DNA from: Synechococcales cyanobacterium VAR_4_metabat_354
GTDB lineage: Bacteria > Cyanobacteriota > Cyanobacteriia > Cyanobacteriales > Chamaesiphonaceae
Direction of reading: 5' to 3'
DNA length: 50,088 nucleotides
Assembly (NCBI GenBank): GCA_031414775.1
Contig: JANOQI010000045.1
Coordinates: 1-50,088, forward strand
Below, one piece after another: positions 9,625 through 21,038 of the stretch (positions are counted from its first letter, which is position 1; each line of letters starts with the position of its first letter). Under the pieces are notes generated by a model. It saw only the letters and a list, made by a program, of their open reading frames with translations. It was not told where the DNA came from and searched no databases. A program made the translations under genes and the position numbers.

Positions 9625-10830
9625 ATGAAAGAATCATTACGGATATTAATTGTCGATGATGATGAGGTCGATCGGATGGCGGTGCGCCGCGCTCTCATTC
9701 AGTCAGGGATGTCTGTCACGATCAGCGAAGCCACCACCTGTGCCGAAGCAATTGCCTCACTGGAATCTCATACATTTGACTGTACCTTTCTAGACTATGG
9801 ACTACCCGACCAAAATGGCCTAGTCCTGATTCAAGCCGCCCGCTGTCTCGATGTTCAACATCCCCTGATTGTGTTGACCGGACAAGGCGATGAAAAAATT
9901 GCCGTCGATTTAATGAAAGCCGGTGCTACCGATTATCTGGCCAAATCTCAGATTTCTGATGCCGTCCTGGCTCAGATTCTGCGGAACGCCATTCGGATCG
10001 ATCGAGCGGAGCGAGAAGTACTAGCAACCAGCAAACAACTCCAGCAAAATAATGAGTTACTTTTGCAACAAAACCATAACCTAGAAGAACAGCGGATTCA
10101 GATTGAAACTCAAAACCTGCAACGAGAGGATTTCATTGCTCATCTCACCCACGATTTACGTACCCCTTTAGTAGCGGCAAACCTGATGTTTAAGCTATTT
10201 CAGCAAGAGGAATTTTGCCCGCTCTCCGCTGGAATGCATGAAGCCGTAGCCGCCATGAATCGCAGCAACGAAAACCTGCTTGATCTGGTTAATACACTCT
10301 TAGAAGTTCATTGTTATGAATCTGGCACCAAAACCCTGACCCTGACGACTTGCCACATGTGGGAAATTATTCAGGATGTAGTGCAAGAACTCCAACCCTT
10401 AGCTCAATACAAGTCGATTATGCTGACGGCTCTCAGTGATGCTCCAGCTCCCGAATCATTAAAAGTGCTGGGCGACTGCCAAGAAATTCGGCGGATGATT
10501 GCTAACCTAGTAGGTAACGCCCTCAAATTCACTGATACTGGCAGTATTAAACTCTGTTTAGGCTTTTGCCCGGCCAGTTTAGACGAAACCTCGGGAGTGA
10601 ATGGGTGGGTATCGATCGACATTCAAGATACTGGGCTGGGCATGTCTGCTGATGAACAAGCAGTTGCTTTTCAACGCTTTCGTACTGGTCAACACAAGCA
10701 ATCCGGTAGTGGCCTGGGATTGCACCTCGTGCAACGCATCGTCACAACCCACTCTGGCACTATCAGTGTTACTTCCGTGCTAGGTCAAGGCAGTCTATTC
10801 CAAGTGCGCCTCCCAGCTCATCAGTGTTAA
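9625..10830 (+). CDS. Hybrid REC-histidine kinase
   Basis: N-terminal REC (LDYGLPD), THDLRTPL H-box, NLVGNALKFT, DTGLG and GSGLGL. Confidence 0.9.
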   Translation: MKESLRILIVDDDEVDRMAVRRALIQSGMSVTISEATTCAEAIASLESHTFDCTFLDYGLPDQNGLVLIQAARCLDVQHPLIVLTGQGDEKIAVDLMKAGATDYLAKSQISDAVLAQILRNAIRIDRAEREVLATSKQLQQNNELLLQQNHNLEEQRIQIETQNLQREDFIAHLTHDLRTPLVAANLMFKLFQQEEFCPLSAGMHEAVAAMNRSNENLLDLVNTLLEVHCYESGTKTLTLTTCHMWEIIQDVVQELQPLAQYKSIMLTALSDAPAPESLKVLGDCQEIRRMIANLVGNALKFTDTGSIKLCLGFCPASLDETSGVNGWVSIDIQDTGLGMSADEQAVAFQRFRTGQHKQSGSGLGLHLVQRIVTTHSGTISVTSVLGQGSLFQVRLPAHQC

Positions 10831-10852
10831 TAGCTAGCTACTAAGCTCATGA

Positions 10853-13276
10853 TCACTGTTGTTGATGTTGTTCCAGTAAATGCTGGGCTCTTGGCCTAAA
10901 TACCCAATAGAACAGCGACTCAATATAGCGTAAGATGTCTTCGCGATTTTCCTTAGAAGTATAATTCCAGAAGCCGTAAATTCGAGCCAGTGACAGTAAT
11001 CGAGTTGTATGAATTTTCCAGGTATAGGTGCTATAAACTCGCTCTATTCCTCGCTGGGAGATATCAAACCAGTAATTGGGATACTGCTCACATTTGCTCA
11101 CAAAATCCAAAATTTTTTGGGCAGTCTCTTCTAAATGAGTTGGATTGATATAAAAGCCATTGACCTGATCTTGAATAATTTCCAATGGGCCACCAAATTG
11201 AGTAGCAAAGGTTGGTAATCCTGAAACCATGGCTTCTAAAATTGTCAAGCCAAAGGCTTCAAACAGAGCGGGCTGCACAAAGATGCCCTGGTGATCGGCA
11301 ATCGTGCGATATATTTCACCAGAATCTCCCTTGGAAAGGCGCACGCCTAACCAGCGAATTTTGCCATGAAGATTATATTCATCAATAATCTGGTACAGCT
11401 TCTCAATTTCGCTAATTTCTTCGTGGTCTATGGACTCCTCCCCTCTTAATTTGCCAGCCACCAAAATCAAGTTACAGCTTTCTTGTAATTCTTTGCTATT
11501 ACCAAAACAGGTCGCTAAGCCCGTCAGGTTTTTAATCCGATCCAGTCTGGCCATCGAAAAAATTGGGCGCTTACTAGGATCATCCAGTTTGCCAAAAACT
11601 TGCGTAGGATCATCTAGGGTGAAAAGCAAATCCTCAATGTAGTCATGAGTGCTGGTAATTCTTTCCGCCGTTTTAGTATAAGGAAAGAAAACGGCTTCGT
11701 TTACACCAGGTGGGACAACATTGAATTTGGGGCTAAATAATTCAATCCCGGTGACAACATGAAAAAGTTCGGGCATGGAGAAGCTTTGGTAAGATTCATA
11801 CTGACCAACACTTTCAGCTGTGCCGACAATTTCTTGATAGGTGCTACTGACAATGAAATTCGCCGCATTCATCGCAATCAAATCGGCTGTAAACTGAAGC
11901 GAAAAATGATATTTGTCTTCTAGGTCTTGCCAGTAAAGATTACTGAATAGATACTTGGTTTTTTCTAAGGCATGAGCAATATTACACTGTGTTACTTTGA
12001 GCCGTCGCGAGAGTAAGAAGGCCACTAAGTTGCCGTCTGAATAATTGCCCACAATTAAGTCTGGCTTACCTTGAAATTCTGCCAGCAGTTCACGCTCGGC
12101 ATCTAGAGCATAGGTTTCTAGGTAAGGCCAAATTTCAAACCGGGAAATCCAATTTTGAGTCAGATTAGGGTTAAATTCTCGAAAGGGAACCCGCAAAATC
12201 CAAGCATTGGCGGTACTGTAAATTTTTTCTAGCCGTTGATTACAAAGTGTGTCCTCACAGTTGGGAATCAGGCGGGTGAGTACTAATATTTTAGGTTCAA
12301 TGTTCAAGACATCCAAACCAGCTAGGGCAATATCCTCTTGTAGTTGTTTCTCCAAATTTTTAGCTTGGTCTAAAACATAGACTACCTGTCCCCCGGTATC
12401 GGGTCGGCCTAGAACTCCTTCTTGCCCGAACCAACCATGCGGGGAAACCAAAACGATCCGAAAGATCATAGGTAAGCGCGACAAAAAGGCTTCTAAGGAT
12501 TGATGATCGGGAGAGTCAATCAGCTGATCGAGAATTCCTAATGTTTCTCGAACTCGGTAAGCAGTATTTCCCCATCCTGGCTCAAAGCCAAGCGTTTGCA
12601 AATCAAATCGAAACTTTTCATACGGCTCACCGGGTTGTAAATCACTCACTAGCCGCAAGGCTCGCTTGACTTGGTTCGAGAGTTGTTGCTGCGATTTAAT
12701 TCGCTCATTGATCAATAATTGCATCCCGTTACAGTGGTGTAAGCTCAGAAATTGGAACAATACTGCCAGCCATTGGTGAGGATCTTGAAACAGTTTGCTG
12801 GAGAGATAACGGTTAAGGAATTCGACACCTTTGCCGATATTTTTGGGATCTCGAATCAGCGGAGAATAATCATAGAAAGGTAGAAAGTCAATTTCAGGAA
12901 TGTCTCCATCTAATGGATGGCTGCAACCCACATGTCGATCGCGCAGATCTAACAATTCCTGCACAGTCATCGGCTCTACGGTCAAATCCTCGAAGATCTG
13001 ATACGCCTCTTGGCGGGCAATTTGCGATCGAACAATCAGGCAAGTGTTTCCATTCTCCAAGATCAGCTCTTGAACATGGGAAATCAACCGCCCTAAGTCT
13101 GAAAAATGATAGAACGATGTCGGTTTCTGCTGCGTTTCACAGTAAATCTTGAAAGCGCTAAGAATGTCATTGCGGAGCAAGTACCGTTGCTCCGAGGAGA
13201 GACGGAGGGCACTTAAAAACTGGCGTAAATCGGAGCGCTCTTCACTTTCTAAAACTGCTTGAATCAATTCCGACAT
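10853..13276 (-). CDS. susA: Sucrose synthase
   Basis: 807 aa; IGKGVEFLNRYLSS, LGRPDTGGQVVYVLDQ, HALEKTKY, QPALFEAFGLT. Confidence 0.95.
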   Translation of the reverse strand: MSELIQAVLESEERSDLRQFLSALRLSSEQRYLLRNDILSAFKIYCETQQKPTSFYHFSDLGRLISHVQELILENGNTCLIVRSQIARQEAYQIFEDLTVEPMTVQELLDLRDRHVGCSHPLDGDIPEIDFLPFYDYSPLIRDPKNIGKGVEFLNRYLSSKLFQDPHQWLAVLFQFLSLHHCNGMQLLINERIKSQQQLSNQVKRALRLVSDLQPGEPYEKFRFDLQTLGFEPGWGNTAYRVRETLGILDQLIDSPDHQSLEAFLSRLPMIFRIVLVSPHGWFGQEGVLGRPDTGGQVVYVLDQAKNLEKQLQEDIALAGLDVLNIEPKILVLTRLIPNCEDTLCNQRLEKIYSTANAWILRVPFREFNPNLTQNWISRFEIWPYLETYALDAERELLAEFQGKPDLIVGNYSDGNLVAFLLSRRLKVTQCNIAHALEKTKYLFSNLYWQDLEDKYHFSLQFTADLIAMNAANFIVSSTYQEIVGTAESVGQYESYQSFSMPELFHVVTGIELFSPKFNVVPPGVNEAVFFPYTKTAERITSTHDYIEDLLFTLDDPTQVFGKLDDPSKRPIFSMARLDRIKNLTGLATCFGNSKELQESCNLILVAGKLRGEESIDHEEISEIEKLYQIIDEYNLHGKIRWLGVRLSKGDSGEIYRTIADHQGIFVQPALFEAFGLTILEAMVSGLPTFATQFGGPLEIIQDQVNGFYINPTHLEETAQKILDFVSKCEQYPNYWFDISQRGIERVYSTYTWKIHTTRLLSLARIYGFWNYTSKENREDILRYIESLFYWVFRPRAQHLLEQHQQQ

Positions 13277-13322
13277 GTTCGCTCTCGCATTTGCGCCTGA
13301 TGGGCTGTGGGTTAGCTGATAG

Positions 13323-13787
13323 TTAGGCCATTAGTGGTTTACTGCTGATTCCATCAGTGGTGCGTCCGCTCATCTCGCTCGGATAGACCCGGTAGATCGC
13401 AACTACTTCCGCTCGGCCCCACGAATCGATCCAGGTGCGGTTAAGAGCTGGAGAAAGTGTGGGATTAAGATCCTTGATGAATTTCCGTACCCGATCGATA
13501 TCGGACTGCTCTGTTAAACGTTGGGCTTGACCCATGACAATTACACTGCGCCAATGCAATGGATCGTTAACTATTTCTTCGACCTGAAGGCAAATTTCTG
13601 GATTGGCATCCATATCATGAGTCTTCATGCCTTCGGTGGTAAACAGATAGATTTCTTGATCTTCGAGATAATAGTGCATGGGCATCACGTAGGGCTTTCC
13701 TTCATGGATGCAGCCCAGATGGCCGTACCCTACTTTAGACAGTAGTTCATATATTTCTTTTGAACTCATTTCATCGATATCTAGCAT
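13323..13787 (-). CDS. Pyridoxamine 5'-phosphate oxidase-like flavin-binding protein (NimA-like)
   Basis: GHLG...PYVMPMHY...GMK...NPEICLQV...WRSVIVMG. Confidence 0.85.
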   Translation of the reverse strand: MLDIDEMSSKEIYELLSKVGYGHLGCIHEGKPYVMPMHYYLEDQEIYLFTTEGMKTHDMDANPEICLQVEEIVNDPLHWRSVIVMGQAQRLTEQSDIDRVRKFIKDLNPTLSPALNRTWIDSWGRAEVVAIYRVYPSEMSGRTTDGISSKPLMA

Positions 13788-13853
13788 GGCTTTTTTCCGA
13801 TAATTTGATTGGTAGTAGAAGATATTTCGGTCTATTTGTAGTTATGGTTTTGT

Positions 13854-14201
13854 CTATGTTTCATGATCGATCGTCAATTGATCTGGCTTACAACGCTTGA
13901 TTTGGGCTTGGATTCCTTGGGCCAATTCATTCTCTAGATCTTCTATATAATCTCTGATCGCTCCCTCAGCTTCTGTGACATGAGCAAACGGACCAAAGTA
14001 GTAAGTGCATTTGGGGTGAGCGGTAAAAATTTCGATCCACCAAGCTTGGCCATGAAAGTCGAGGGTGTTAGTCCAAATTTCTAATATCTTTGCTAGCATT
14101 TTGTTATTTAGAATCAGGTTGGCAATGAAAGATGATAGAAAAAGGCTTTTTTTCTGGGGAGTTTGATCATTAGTAGGCGCAGGCAGATTGCTGAATTTCA
14201 T
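13854..14201 (-). CDS. DUF1816 family protein (true start probably ATG at 14099)
   Basis: WWIEIFTAHPKCTYYFGPF...YIEDLENE...CKPDQLT. Confidence 0.85.
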   Translation of the reverse strand: MKFSNLPAPTNDQTPQKKSLFLSSFIANLILNNKMLAKILEIWTNTLDFHGQAWWIEIFTAHPKCTYYFGPFAHVTEAEGAIRDYIEDLENELAQGIQAQIKRCKPDQLTIDHET

Positions 14202-14214
14202 TGAATTAGTTCCT

Positions 14215-16185
14215 TTATCGTGAGTTTTCGTATAAATGTTGTGTTGTCAAACCTTGATCCAAAGCTGGAATATGATCGGATATACTATCAGTGGCCATCT
14301 CTCCGCTTTGTAGCCAAGTGGATAACAGCGGTGGTATTTTCACCTGACTGAGATAAGAATGCAGTTTTTGGCCTTCTAGAACTTCCCGTTCTAGCAAGAC
14401 CTGTGACACCTCCCGGAGCAATGGTTGATTATGAGCGAGGATGACCCGAGCAATTTGATGAGCATTATCAATTAGGTGTTTGACCTCTCGATCGATCGCC
14501 GACTCCACCTGAGGACTGAGTGGACGGCGCGGATTTCCCCACCCACCCAGAAACTGGCTAGCAGAGCGGTCGAAGGCCATTGGACCTAGTTGTTTGCTCA
14601 TGCCATAGATGGTGACATAGCGATCGGCTAAATCTGTAGCTTTTTGAATATCATCTGCCGCTCCCGTAGAAACCTTGCCCATAATGAGTTCTTCTGCCGA
14701 TCTACCCCCCAATAGCATGGCAATTTGGCCGCGTAGCTCGTCTTCTATCATCAAAAAGCGATCTTCTTGGGGCAATTGGAGGGTATAGCCCAAAGCCGCC
14801 ACGCCCCGAGGGACGATCGAAATTTTTTCAATTGTCCCTGATCCGGGCATCAGGGAACCTACAATCGCATGACCGGCTTCATGGTAGGCGACCGTTTCTT
14901 TTTCCATGTCATTTAAGACCCGCGATTTTTTCTCTAGCCCGGTCAGAATCCGTTCGATCGCCTCTTCAAAGTCGGACATGGTGACGCTTTCTCGATCATG
15001 GCGAGCTGCTAAGAGGGCGGCTTCATTGACCAAATTAGCCAGATCGGCACCAGCAAAACCGGGGGTGCGAGCAGCTAATTTCAGCAAATTTACATCATCA
15101 GACATTTTGACATTGCGGACATGGACAACGAGGATAGCCTCCCGACCGCTTTTATCTGGTCGATCGACTACAATCTGGCGATCAAACCGACCCGGCCGTA
15201 ACAAAGCTGGATCTAATACTTCGGGGCGGTTAGTCGCCGAGAGCAAGATCACGCCGGTATTAGCGGCAAATCCATCCATCTCTGATAACAGTTGATTCAG
15301 GGTTTGTTCGCGTTCATCATTACCACCAATCGGTGAATTCGCACTCGATCGAGATTTACCCAACGCATCCAACTCATCAATAAATACAATGCAGGGAGCC
15401 TGCTGCTTGGCTTGCTCAAATAGTCCCCGCACTCTGGCTGCACCTACCCCCACAAACATTTCAATAAACTCTGAGCCAGAAATACTAAAAAATGGCACGC
15501 CAGCTTCTCCGGCAATAGCTTTAGCTAATAGTGTCTTGCCCGTCCCCGGCGGCCCGACCAACAACACGCCCTTAGGAATTTTGGCTCCCAGCTTTACATA
15601 CTTATCAGCATGTTGCAGAAAGTCTACAATTTCTTGTAGCTCGGCTTTCGCTTCATCCACCCCAGCTACGTCATTAAAAGTGACACCAGTTTTCCCCGCA
15701 TCATAAACTCTGGCGTGGCTATTGCCAGCTCCCAGCAGACTCGTCTGATTTTGATTGCCAAATCGTGACCAGATTAAGAAGAAAATTACCGGAGGCAGCA
15801 CCCAGCTTAAAATTGTCCATAGACCGCTAAGGGGGCTGGGTGCAGGTACAACATACTCGACCTGATGTGCCCGCAGAATTTTGCTGAGATCTGGATCATC
15901 AGCTAGTCGTCTAGTGACAAAGATATTTTTGGGGATATTTTTAGGATCAAGATTCTGGGACTGGTTAGCCGGAGTTGATTTCAATTCATATCGAATTTCC
16001 TGACTATCGATGGCCGCCTTGGCTACCTGACCAGACTCTACTTGCTGAATAAATTCGCTATAAGACCTCCTGATATGGTTTTCACTGGGCCAGGCCAGCA
16101 GTAATAACACCCAAGCGAGGAAAATTAAACCAGTGGGAATCGGGTTTTTCGATCCGTCAGATTTACGATTGTTGTCGATCGGCAT
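14215..16185 (-). CDS. ftsH: ATP-dependent zinc metalloprotease FtsH (FtsH4-like)
   Basis: [17 protein letters not shown] and HEAGH motifs; two TMs. Start moved to ATG 16185 (MPIDNN) because the TTG at 16221 overlaps the predicted -10 box. Confidence 0.93.
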   Translation of the reverse strand: MPIDNNRKSDGSKNPIPTGLIFLAWVLLLLAWPSENHIRRSYSEFIQQVESGQVAKAAIDSQEIRYELKSTPANQSQNLDPKNIPKNIFVTRRLADDPDLSKILRAHQVEYVVPAPSPLSGLWTILSWVLPPVIFFLIWSRFGNQNQTSLLGAGNSHARVYDAGKTGVTFNDVAGVDEAKAELQEIVDFLQHADKYVKLGAKIPKGVLLVGPPGTGKTLLAKAIAGEAGVPFFSISGSEFIEMFVGVGAARVRGLFEQAKQQAPCIVFIDELDALGKSRSSANSPIGGNDEREQTLNQLLSEMDGFAANTGVILLSATNRPEVLDPALLRPGRFDRQIVVDRPDKSGREAILVVHVRNVKMSDDVNLLKLAARTPGFAGADLANLVNEAALLAARHDRESVTMSDFEEAIERILTGLEKKSRVLNDMEKETVAYHEAGHAIVGSLMPGSGTIEKISIVPRGVAALGYTLQLPQEDRFLMIEDELRGQIAMLLGGRSAEELIMGKVSTGAADDIQKATDLADRYVTIYGMSKQLGPMAFDRSASQFLGGWGNPRRPLSPQVESAIDREVKHLIDNAHQIARVILAHNQPLLREVSQVLLEREVLEGQKLHSYLSQVKIPPLLSTWLQSGEMATDSISDHIPALDQGLTTQHLYENSR

Positions 16186-16220
16186 GGTAGCCACCTGGAA
16201 TGCAGCGGGTGATAACTGCA

Positions 16221-16253
16221 ACTATAGAACTCAAATCCAAGGAACTTGTGAGG
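16221..16253 (-). promoter_or_regulatory. 17-bp direct-repeat box + 10 bp + -10 (TATAGT) upstream of ftsH
   Basis: Minus strand reads cctcacaagttccttgg-atttgagttc-TATAGT. Confidence 0.65.
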
Positions 16254-16286
16254 AAATGGATTTATGATCACCCTGGATTCTCTGAT

Positions 16287-16319
16287 CCTCACAACTTCCT
16301 CACGTTGATAGCATAAGCT
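16287..16319 (+). promoter_or_regulatory. 17-bp direct-repeat box + 10 bp + -10 (TAAGCT)
   Basis: cctcacaacttcctcac-gttgatagca-TAAGCT. Confidence 0.65.
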
Positions 16320-16378
16320 CAAGCTATCGGAATTAGTCAATGATTTCTGATTTCGGCCTGGTAAATCAGGAGGATGAT

Positions 16379-16786
16379 ATGAATGAATTAATGCTATTCG
16401 TTATTCTGGCGTTATGGTTGATCTTGGTTGGTCTCTTTCTGACTGACAAATATTTGCTCAAAAAGCAAGCCGCACCCAAGCTAGGGGAGTATGCAATAGT
16501 GTTGCATCGAGTCTTTGACGCTGTAGCTGTGGTTTTGATGGTTGGTGGGGCTTATTTATTACTGTTACATGGCAAAGCTTGGGTAATAGTAGCATTCAGT
16601 ATTGGTTTGCTTTGGCCAGGACTACCGATCGCCGTAAATTATGTCATCGGCCATCAGATATTTGATGGTTACTGGGATGAAGTTGCCACCGAAAACAACT
16701 TTATTTTGGATGGCAAGATTTGGTTGTCTGTGATTATTGCTTTGGCCATCACCCTACTAGTGATGTCTTGGGCTTATTACAGCTAG
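16379..16786 (+). CDS. Hypothetical multi-pass membrane protein
   Basis: About 4 hydrophobic segments; AGGAGG RBS before ATG 16379 (ORF track starts at 16340). Confidence 0.65.
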   Translation: MNELMLFVILALWLILVGLFLTDKYLLKKQAAPKLGEYAIVLHRVFDAVAVVLMVGGAYLLLLHGKAWVIVAFSIGLLWPGLPIAVNYVIGHQIFDGYWDEVATENNFILDGKIWLSVIIALAITLLVMSWAYYS

Positions 16787-16829
16787 TTGTTGACGGGCAA
16801 ATATTTAGCTAACAAAGGGAATCACATAT

Positions 16830-17177
16830 ATGACTAGCAAGATTGACATCAACAAATCTATCCCGCGCGAGCGATGGGGTGAATTTTTCGACCAATTCTC
16901 CGATGGGAATCGGGGACGGCATATTTCCATCGAAATCATCAATTCAGAACTTGGTGATGAAGAACTGATTCAGAATGCCCCTTTGATGGCCATGGTTTAT
17001 GACCCAGTTGGTAAGGGCGATGACTTGGTAATTGAAACTGGTAAAAATGAAGTGAATTATGCTCATACTGTTGATTCACCAACAGAGGTTTTGACGGGGC
17101 AGGACTCCAATGGTCTGATGCTAGCCGTTTCGATCGCTGACGCTGCCGGGACAAAAACATTGATTAAACTAAGTTAA
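16830..17177 (+). CDS. DUF5335 family protein
   Basis: IPRERWGEFFDQFS...G...SIEI...PL...YD...HTVDSP pattern. Confidence 0.75.
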   Translation: MTSKIDINKSIPRERWGEFFDQFSDGNRGRHISIEIINSELGDEELIQNAPLMAMVYDPVGKGDDLVIETGKNEVNYAHTVDSPTEVLTGQDSNGLMLAVSIADAAGTKTLIKLS

Positions 17178-17184
17178 TCATACT

Positions 17185-17205
17185 GGCGGGGTATCCCCGC
17201 CTTTT
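17185..17205 (+). terminator. Intrinsic terminator
   Basis: GGCGGGG-tat-CCCCGCC-TTTT, 8 bp after the stop codon. Confidence 0.8.
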
Positions 17206-17258
17206 CTATTGTGCATAGCTAGAAGGTGTAGCAGTTTTATGACAAATAACTGTTTTGA

Positions 17259-20200
17259 CTAATGCAGATTCACCAATGTATTTAGCACTTCGATCATGGT
17301 AAAGGGCTTGGTCAGAAAAGCGCTCAGCCCGAACTGCTCGACGATCTGCTCATTAGCTACCGAACCACTCATTGCTACAATTTTCACGGTGGGCTTAATG
17401 CGCTGCAAAGCCAGAATTACGGATGGAGTATCCAGGTTAGGCATCATCATATCTAACATGACGACCGAAATTTCATCTAGATGCTGAGCGTATAATACAA
17501 TAGCCTCCACCCCATCACGGGCTAATATGACTCGATAATTGTAAGTCTCTAATGAAGATTTAGTAATCTCCCGGACAGAGTCTTCATCGTCCACGACTAA
17601 AATTAGTTGCCCATTGCCCTCCCAGAGTTGTGGTCTGTCGATGGGCTGGTCTTCCTCACTATTGGTGATAGCAGGCAAATATATGGTGAAGCAAGTGCCT
17701 CGATCGATCTCACTATCAACATTGATAAAACCACCGTGGGCTTTGATAATGCCAGATACTGTCGATAATCCTAGTCCAGTGCCGGTCTTTTTGGTCGTGA
17801 AGAATGGATCGAAAATCTTATTGATCGATCCACTATCAATCCCCATCCCAGTATCAGCAACCATAATTGCTACATAAGATCCGGCGCGGGTATTGCTTGG
17901 CATTTTGGCAGCAGTTTCATCAATCACTATATTTCCAGCCGTTGCAGTAATTCTGCCCCCATTGGGCATCGCATCCCGAGCATTAACAAACAAATTCATT
18001 AACACCTGATGAATTTGAGTTGCATCGACATTCACCATCCACAGATCCTCAGCAGCTATATCTAAGACGATCTCGATCGCTTTGGGGAAAGTTTGGCGGG
18101 CAACATTAATGATTTCCGCCAGAATATGCCGCACTTGCAGCACCGCGCGCTGACCATCTAGCCCTCGGGCAAAGGTAAGAATTTGTTTCACCAAACTACT
18201 ACCGCGCTTCGAGCTTTCGACCAGCATCGTCAATAGTCTTTGATTCCGCTCATCCAGATTGGGCAGGGTACGGGGTAAAAGCTGAGCCACACCCTGGATC
18301 GGAGTAAGCACATTATTCAAATCGTGGGCAATGCCACTGGCCAGGGTGCCCAGACTTTCTAAGCGTTGGGCACGCAGAAACTGCTGTTCCAATTGTTTTT
18401 TCTCGGTGATGTCCATCGCAACCGCATAAATCACCTGTTCTTCTGCGTGTGACTGTGCTTTCCATGACAACCAACGGTAGGAGCCGTCTTTGTGTCGATA
18501 GCGGTTTTCACAGGCAATGGTTCCTTGCCCAAAGAACAAACTCGTGGCATCGGAGACAGATCGGTCGATGTCGTCGGGATGAAGAAACTCAGTCCATTGA
18601 TGGGATGTCATTTCATCGCTTGTCCAGCCCAGCGTTGACTCACAATTTGGGCTAACCCAATGGAAATATCCATTACTGCCCAAAATCAGTTGTAAATCTG
18701 AAGCAACAGCCAAAAACTGCTCTCGTTCCCGTTCTAGTTGCTTGCGTTCGGTGATATCGGTCAGCGTACCGATATACCCAGTGACTACTCCTTTATCGTA
18801 GATCCCGATCGCCTTGACAAAGACCCAGTTTACACGTCCTTGGGGGGTCACAAACCGATGTTCTGATTTGAATTCCTGCCCGGCTTGCACTGCACGATAC
18901 CACTGGGTAGACACCCACTCTCGATCGTCAGGGTGAAGGGAGCTGATCCAGCTTTGACCCAAAGCCTCAGCCTTGGTTATTCCCAGCAATTGTAGGCATC
19001 GCTGATTGATAAATAGACAGTTTCCGGCAACATCGGTTTGGTAAATGCCGACAGGAGCAGATCTTACCAGGGCGCGATAACGGGCTTTACTTGCTTGTAG
19101 TGCTGCCTCCATCTGTTTTCGATCGGTAATATTAAAGCGAATCGATAGATACTGAAAAGGTTGACCGCTATCATCCAAAAGTGGCACGATGGTCGTAGCT
19201 ACCCAGTAATAGCTACCGTCTTTAGCCCGATTTTTGATTTCACCACTCCAGACTTCCCCGCTAGTAATTACTGTCCACAGATTTCGAAAGAATTCAGGAG
19301 GATGATAGCCAGAGTTGATCACGAAATGGGTCTTGCCCATTAGTTCTGCGGCGGAGTACTGGGAAATCTGGCAAAACTTATCGTTAACATAAACAATCTT
19401 GCCCTGTTGATCGGTGATGGCGACAATAGCTGATCGATCGAGGGCATATTTTTGGAATTCTAACGAGGTTAATGTTTCTTGCAAGACAGCTTCCGCATTC
19501 TTGCGATCAGTAATATCTCTGGTGAAAAAACGGGCATGGATAAATTTTCCATCTTTGAACAGAGCATTCGCATCAATCAGGACATGACAGATCGAGCCAT
19601 CTTTGCGCCGCATCTGAGCTTCATGCTCTTGAATCAACTCATTATTTAATAGGCGCTGGAACATGCTGCGCATGGCTTCCCGATCGAGATAGAAATCGAT
19701 CAGCGGCTGCCCGATATATTCCTTGCGATCGTATCCCAGCATTTTGAGTTCGGCTTGATTTGCCCATACAATAATTCCTGCTGGTTGACCCAGCTTGTCG
19801 GCACGAAACTCCACCCAATTCATCCCAATGATGGCATTCTCAATAAAGTCCGAAATCCCTTGCTGACTAATTTCTAGAGCAATATTACAGGATTGCTGCT
19901 GTTCGTTGAGCAGTGTTATTTCAGTCGATCGATCGACCACGCGCTGCTCCAAGCCTTGCGCCGCTTGGCGTAACTCATCTTCCACCTGCTGTCGTCTGGC
20001 TACTTCGGCTCTCAACTCCTGATTAGTTTGCTCTAACTCTGTCGATCGATCAATCAGTTGCATCTGTAAGCTATCGACTACCCGCAACATTTCCAGTGGA
20101 TCAAACGATCTTAGCAGATTCGACTGAGTAACAATTCCCTGCAACTCGCCCTGCGCACCAGTTACTACCAATCGCCGAATACGCCTGCTTTCCATCACCT

Positions 20201-21038
20201 GCTGCGCCGACCACAGCGAATCTGCGGGCTGTAAACAAAACAAAGGACTACTCATTACCGATTCAGCCGACAGTTGAGTTAAATCAAGTTCCAAAACCTG
20301 AAACTGGAGGACATCCTTTTCTGTGATGATTCCCACGGGTCGTAGTGGCTGCTCTCCATCCACAATTACGATCGAACTGATGCCATATTCAACCATTAAC
20401 TGAGAAACTTGTAGTATAGTTGTGTTTGCAGTAGTATGAATGACATCAGCCGTCATGCCTTCGCCCACGGATCTAAACTTCAAAAGATCGGTAGGTTGCA
20501 AAATTTGGCGGATGTGATCGGGCGTGATGATACCAAGCAGCATTCCCTGGGTATCAATAACCGGTAGATGGCGAATTTTATACTGTTGTAAAATGTTTAA
20601 AGCACTGATGATAGTCTGCTCCGCCGATAAGACCAAAGTGTGGAGCTGTTTAGTCATTACGTCTGCCACATTCATCCCCCGTAAATCAGCTTGGGTGGCA
20701 GTCAGTCTCACTAGATCGCGCTCGGTAAAAATGCCGACTAGCTGCTCGTTTTCTACAACCAACACCGAGCTATGCGATGTGGCCATTCGCCGCAGCGGAT
20801 GTAATTGCTCGGATGTTTCTGCTCCACAGGCTTCGCCAACATCGTGCGTGGTACCAAGCGGCCGGGGTAATACCTCCGGCGATGGGGCTGAGTTAGGTAA
20901 CAAACACTCACTATCCATACTCTGACTCATCATCAAGATTGCCTCAACGAGCGGCATATTAGGATGAACAACCAAAGGATTGCGATCGATGATTGACTCT
21001 AAATTCAGTGGTTTTGGGAAGAGATTGTTTGGGTACAT
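17259..21038 (-). CDS. CBS (two pairs)-multi-PAS/PAC hybrid histidine kinase with C-terminal REC
   Basis: VGIFTERD, GIITEKD and IRRLVV CBS motifs; four PAS/PAC units; AHDLNNVL, NLFVNARDAM, GTGLGL; REC with LDMMMP. Confidence 0.9.
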   Translation of the reverse strand: MYPNNLFPKPLNLESIIDRNPLVVHPNMPLVEAILMMSQSMDSECLLPNSAPSPEVLPRPLGTTHDVGEACGAETSEQLHPLRRMATSHSSVLVVENEQLVGIFTERDLVRLTATQADLRGMNVADVMTKQLHTLVLSAEQTIISALNILQQYKIRHLPVIDTQGMLLGIITPDHIRQILQPTDLLKFRSVGEGMTADVIHTTANTTILQVSQLMVEYGISSIVIVDGEQPLRPVGIITEKDVLQFQVLELDLTQLSAESVMSSPLFCLQPADSLWSAQQVMESRRIRRLVVTGAQGELQGIVTQSNLLRSFDPLEMLRVVDSLQMQLIDRSTELEQTNQELRAEVARRQQVEDELRQAAQGLEQRVVDRSTEITLLNEQQQSCNIALEISQQGISDFIENAIIGMNWVEFRADKLGQPAGIIVWANQAELKMLGYDRKEYIGQPLIDFYLDREAMRSMFQRLLNNELIQEHEAQMRRKDGSICHVLIDANALFKDGKFIHARFFTRDITDRKNAEAVLQETLTSLEFQKYALDRSAIVAITDQQGKIVYVNDKFCQISQYSAAELMGKTHFVINSGYHPPEFFRNLWTVITSGEVWSGEIKNRAKDGSYYWVATTIVPLLDDSGQPFQYLSIRFNITDRKQMEAALQASKARYRALVRSAPVGIYQTDVAGNCLFINQRCLQLLGITKAEALGQSWISSLHPDDREWVSTQWYRAVQAGQEFKSEHRFVTPQGRVNWVFVKAIGIYDKGVVTGYIGTLTDITERKQLEREREQFLAVASDLQLILGSNGYFHWVSPNCESTLGWTSDEMTSHQWTEFLHPDDIDRSVSDATSLFFGQGTIACENRYRHKDGSYRWLSWKAQSHAEEQVIYAVAMDITEKKQLEQQFLRAQRLESLGTLASGIAHDLNNVLTPIQGVAQLLPRTLPNLDERNQRLLTMLVESSKRGSSLVKQILTFARGLDGQRAVLQVRHILAEIINVARQTFPKAIEIVLDIAAEDLWMVNVDATQIHQVLMNLFVNARDAMPNGGRITATAGNIVIDETAAKMPSNTRAGSYVAIMVADTGMGIDSGSINKIFDPFFTTKKTGTGLGLSTVSGIIKAHGGFINVDSEIDRGTCFTIYLPAITNSEEDQPIDRPQLWEGNGQLILVVDDEDSVREITKSSLETYNYRVILARDGVEAIVLYAQHLDEISVVMLDMMMPNLDTPSVILALQRIKPTVKIVAMSGSVANEQIVEQFGLSAFLTKPFTMIEVLNTLVNLH

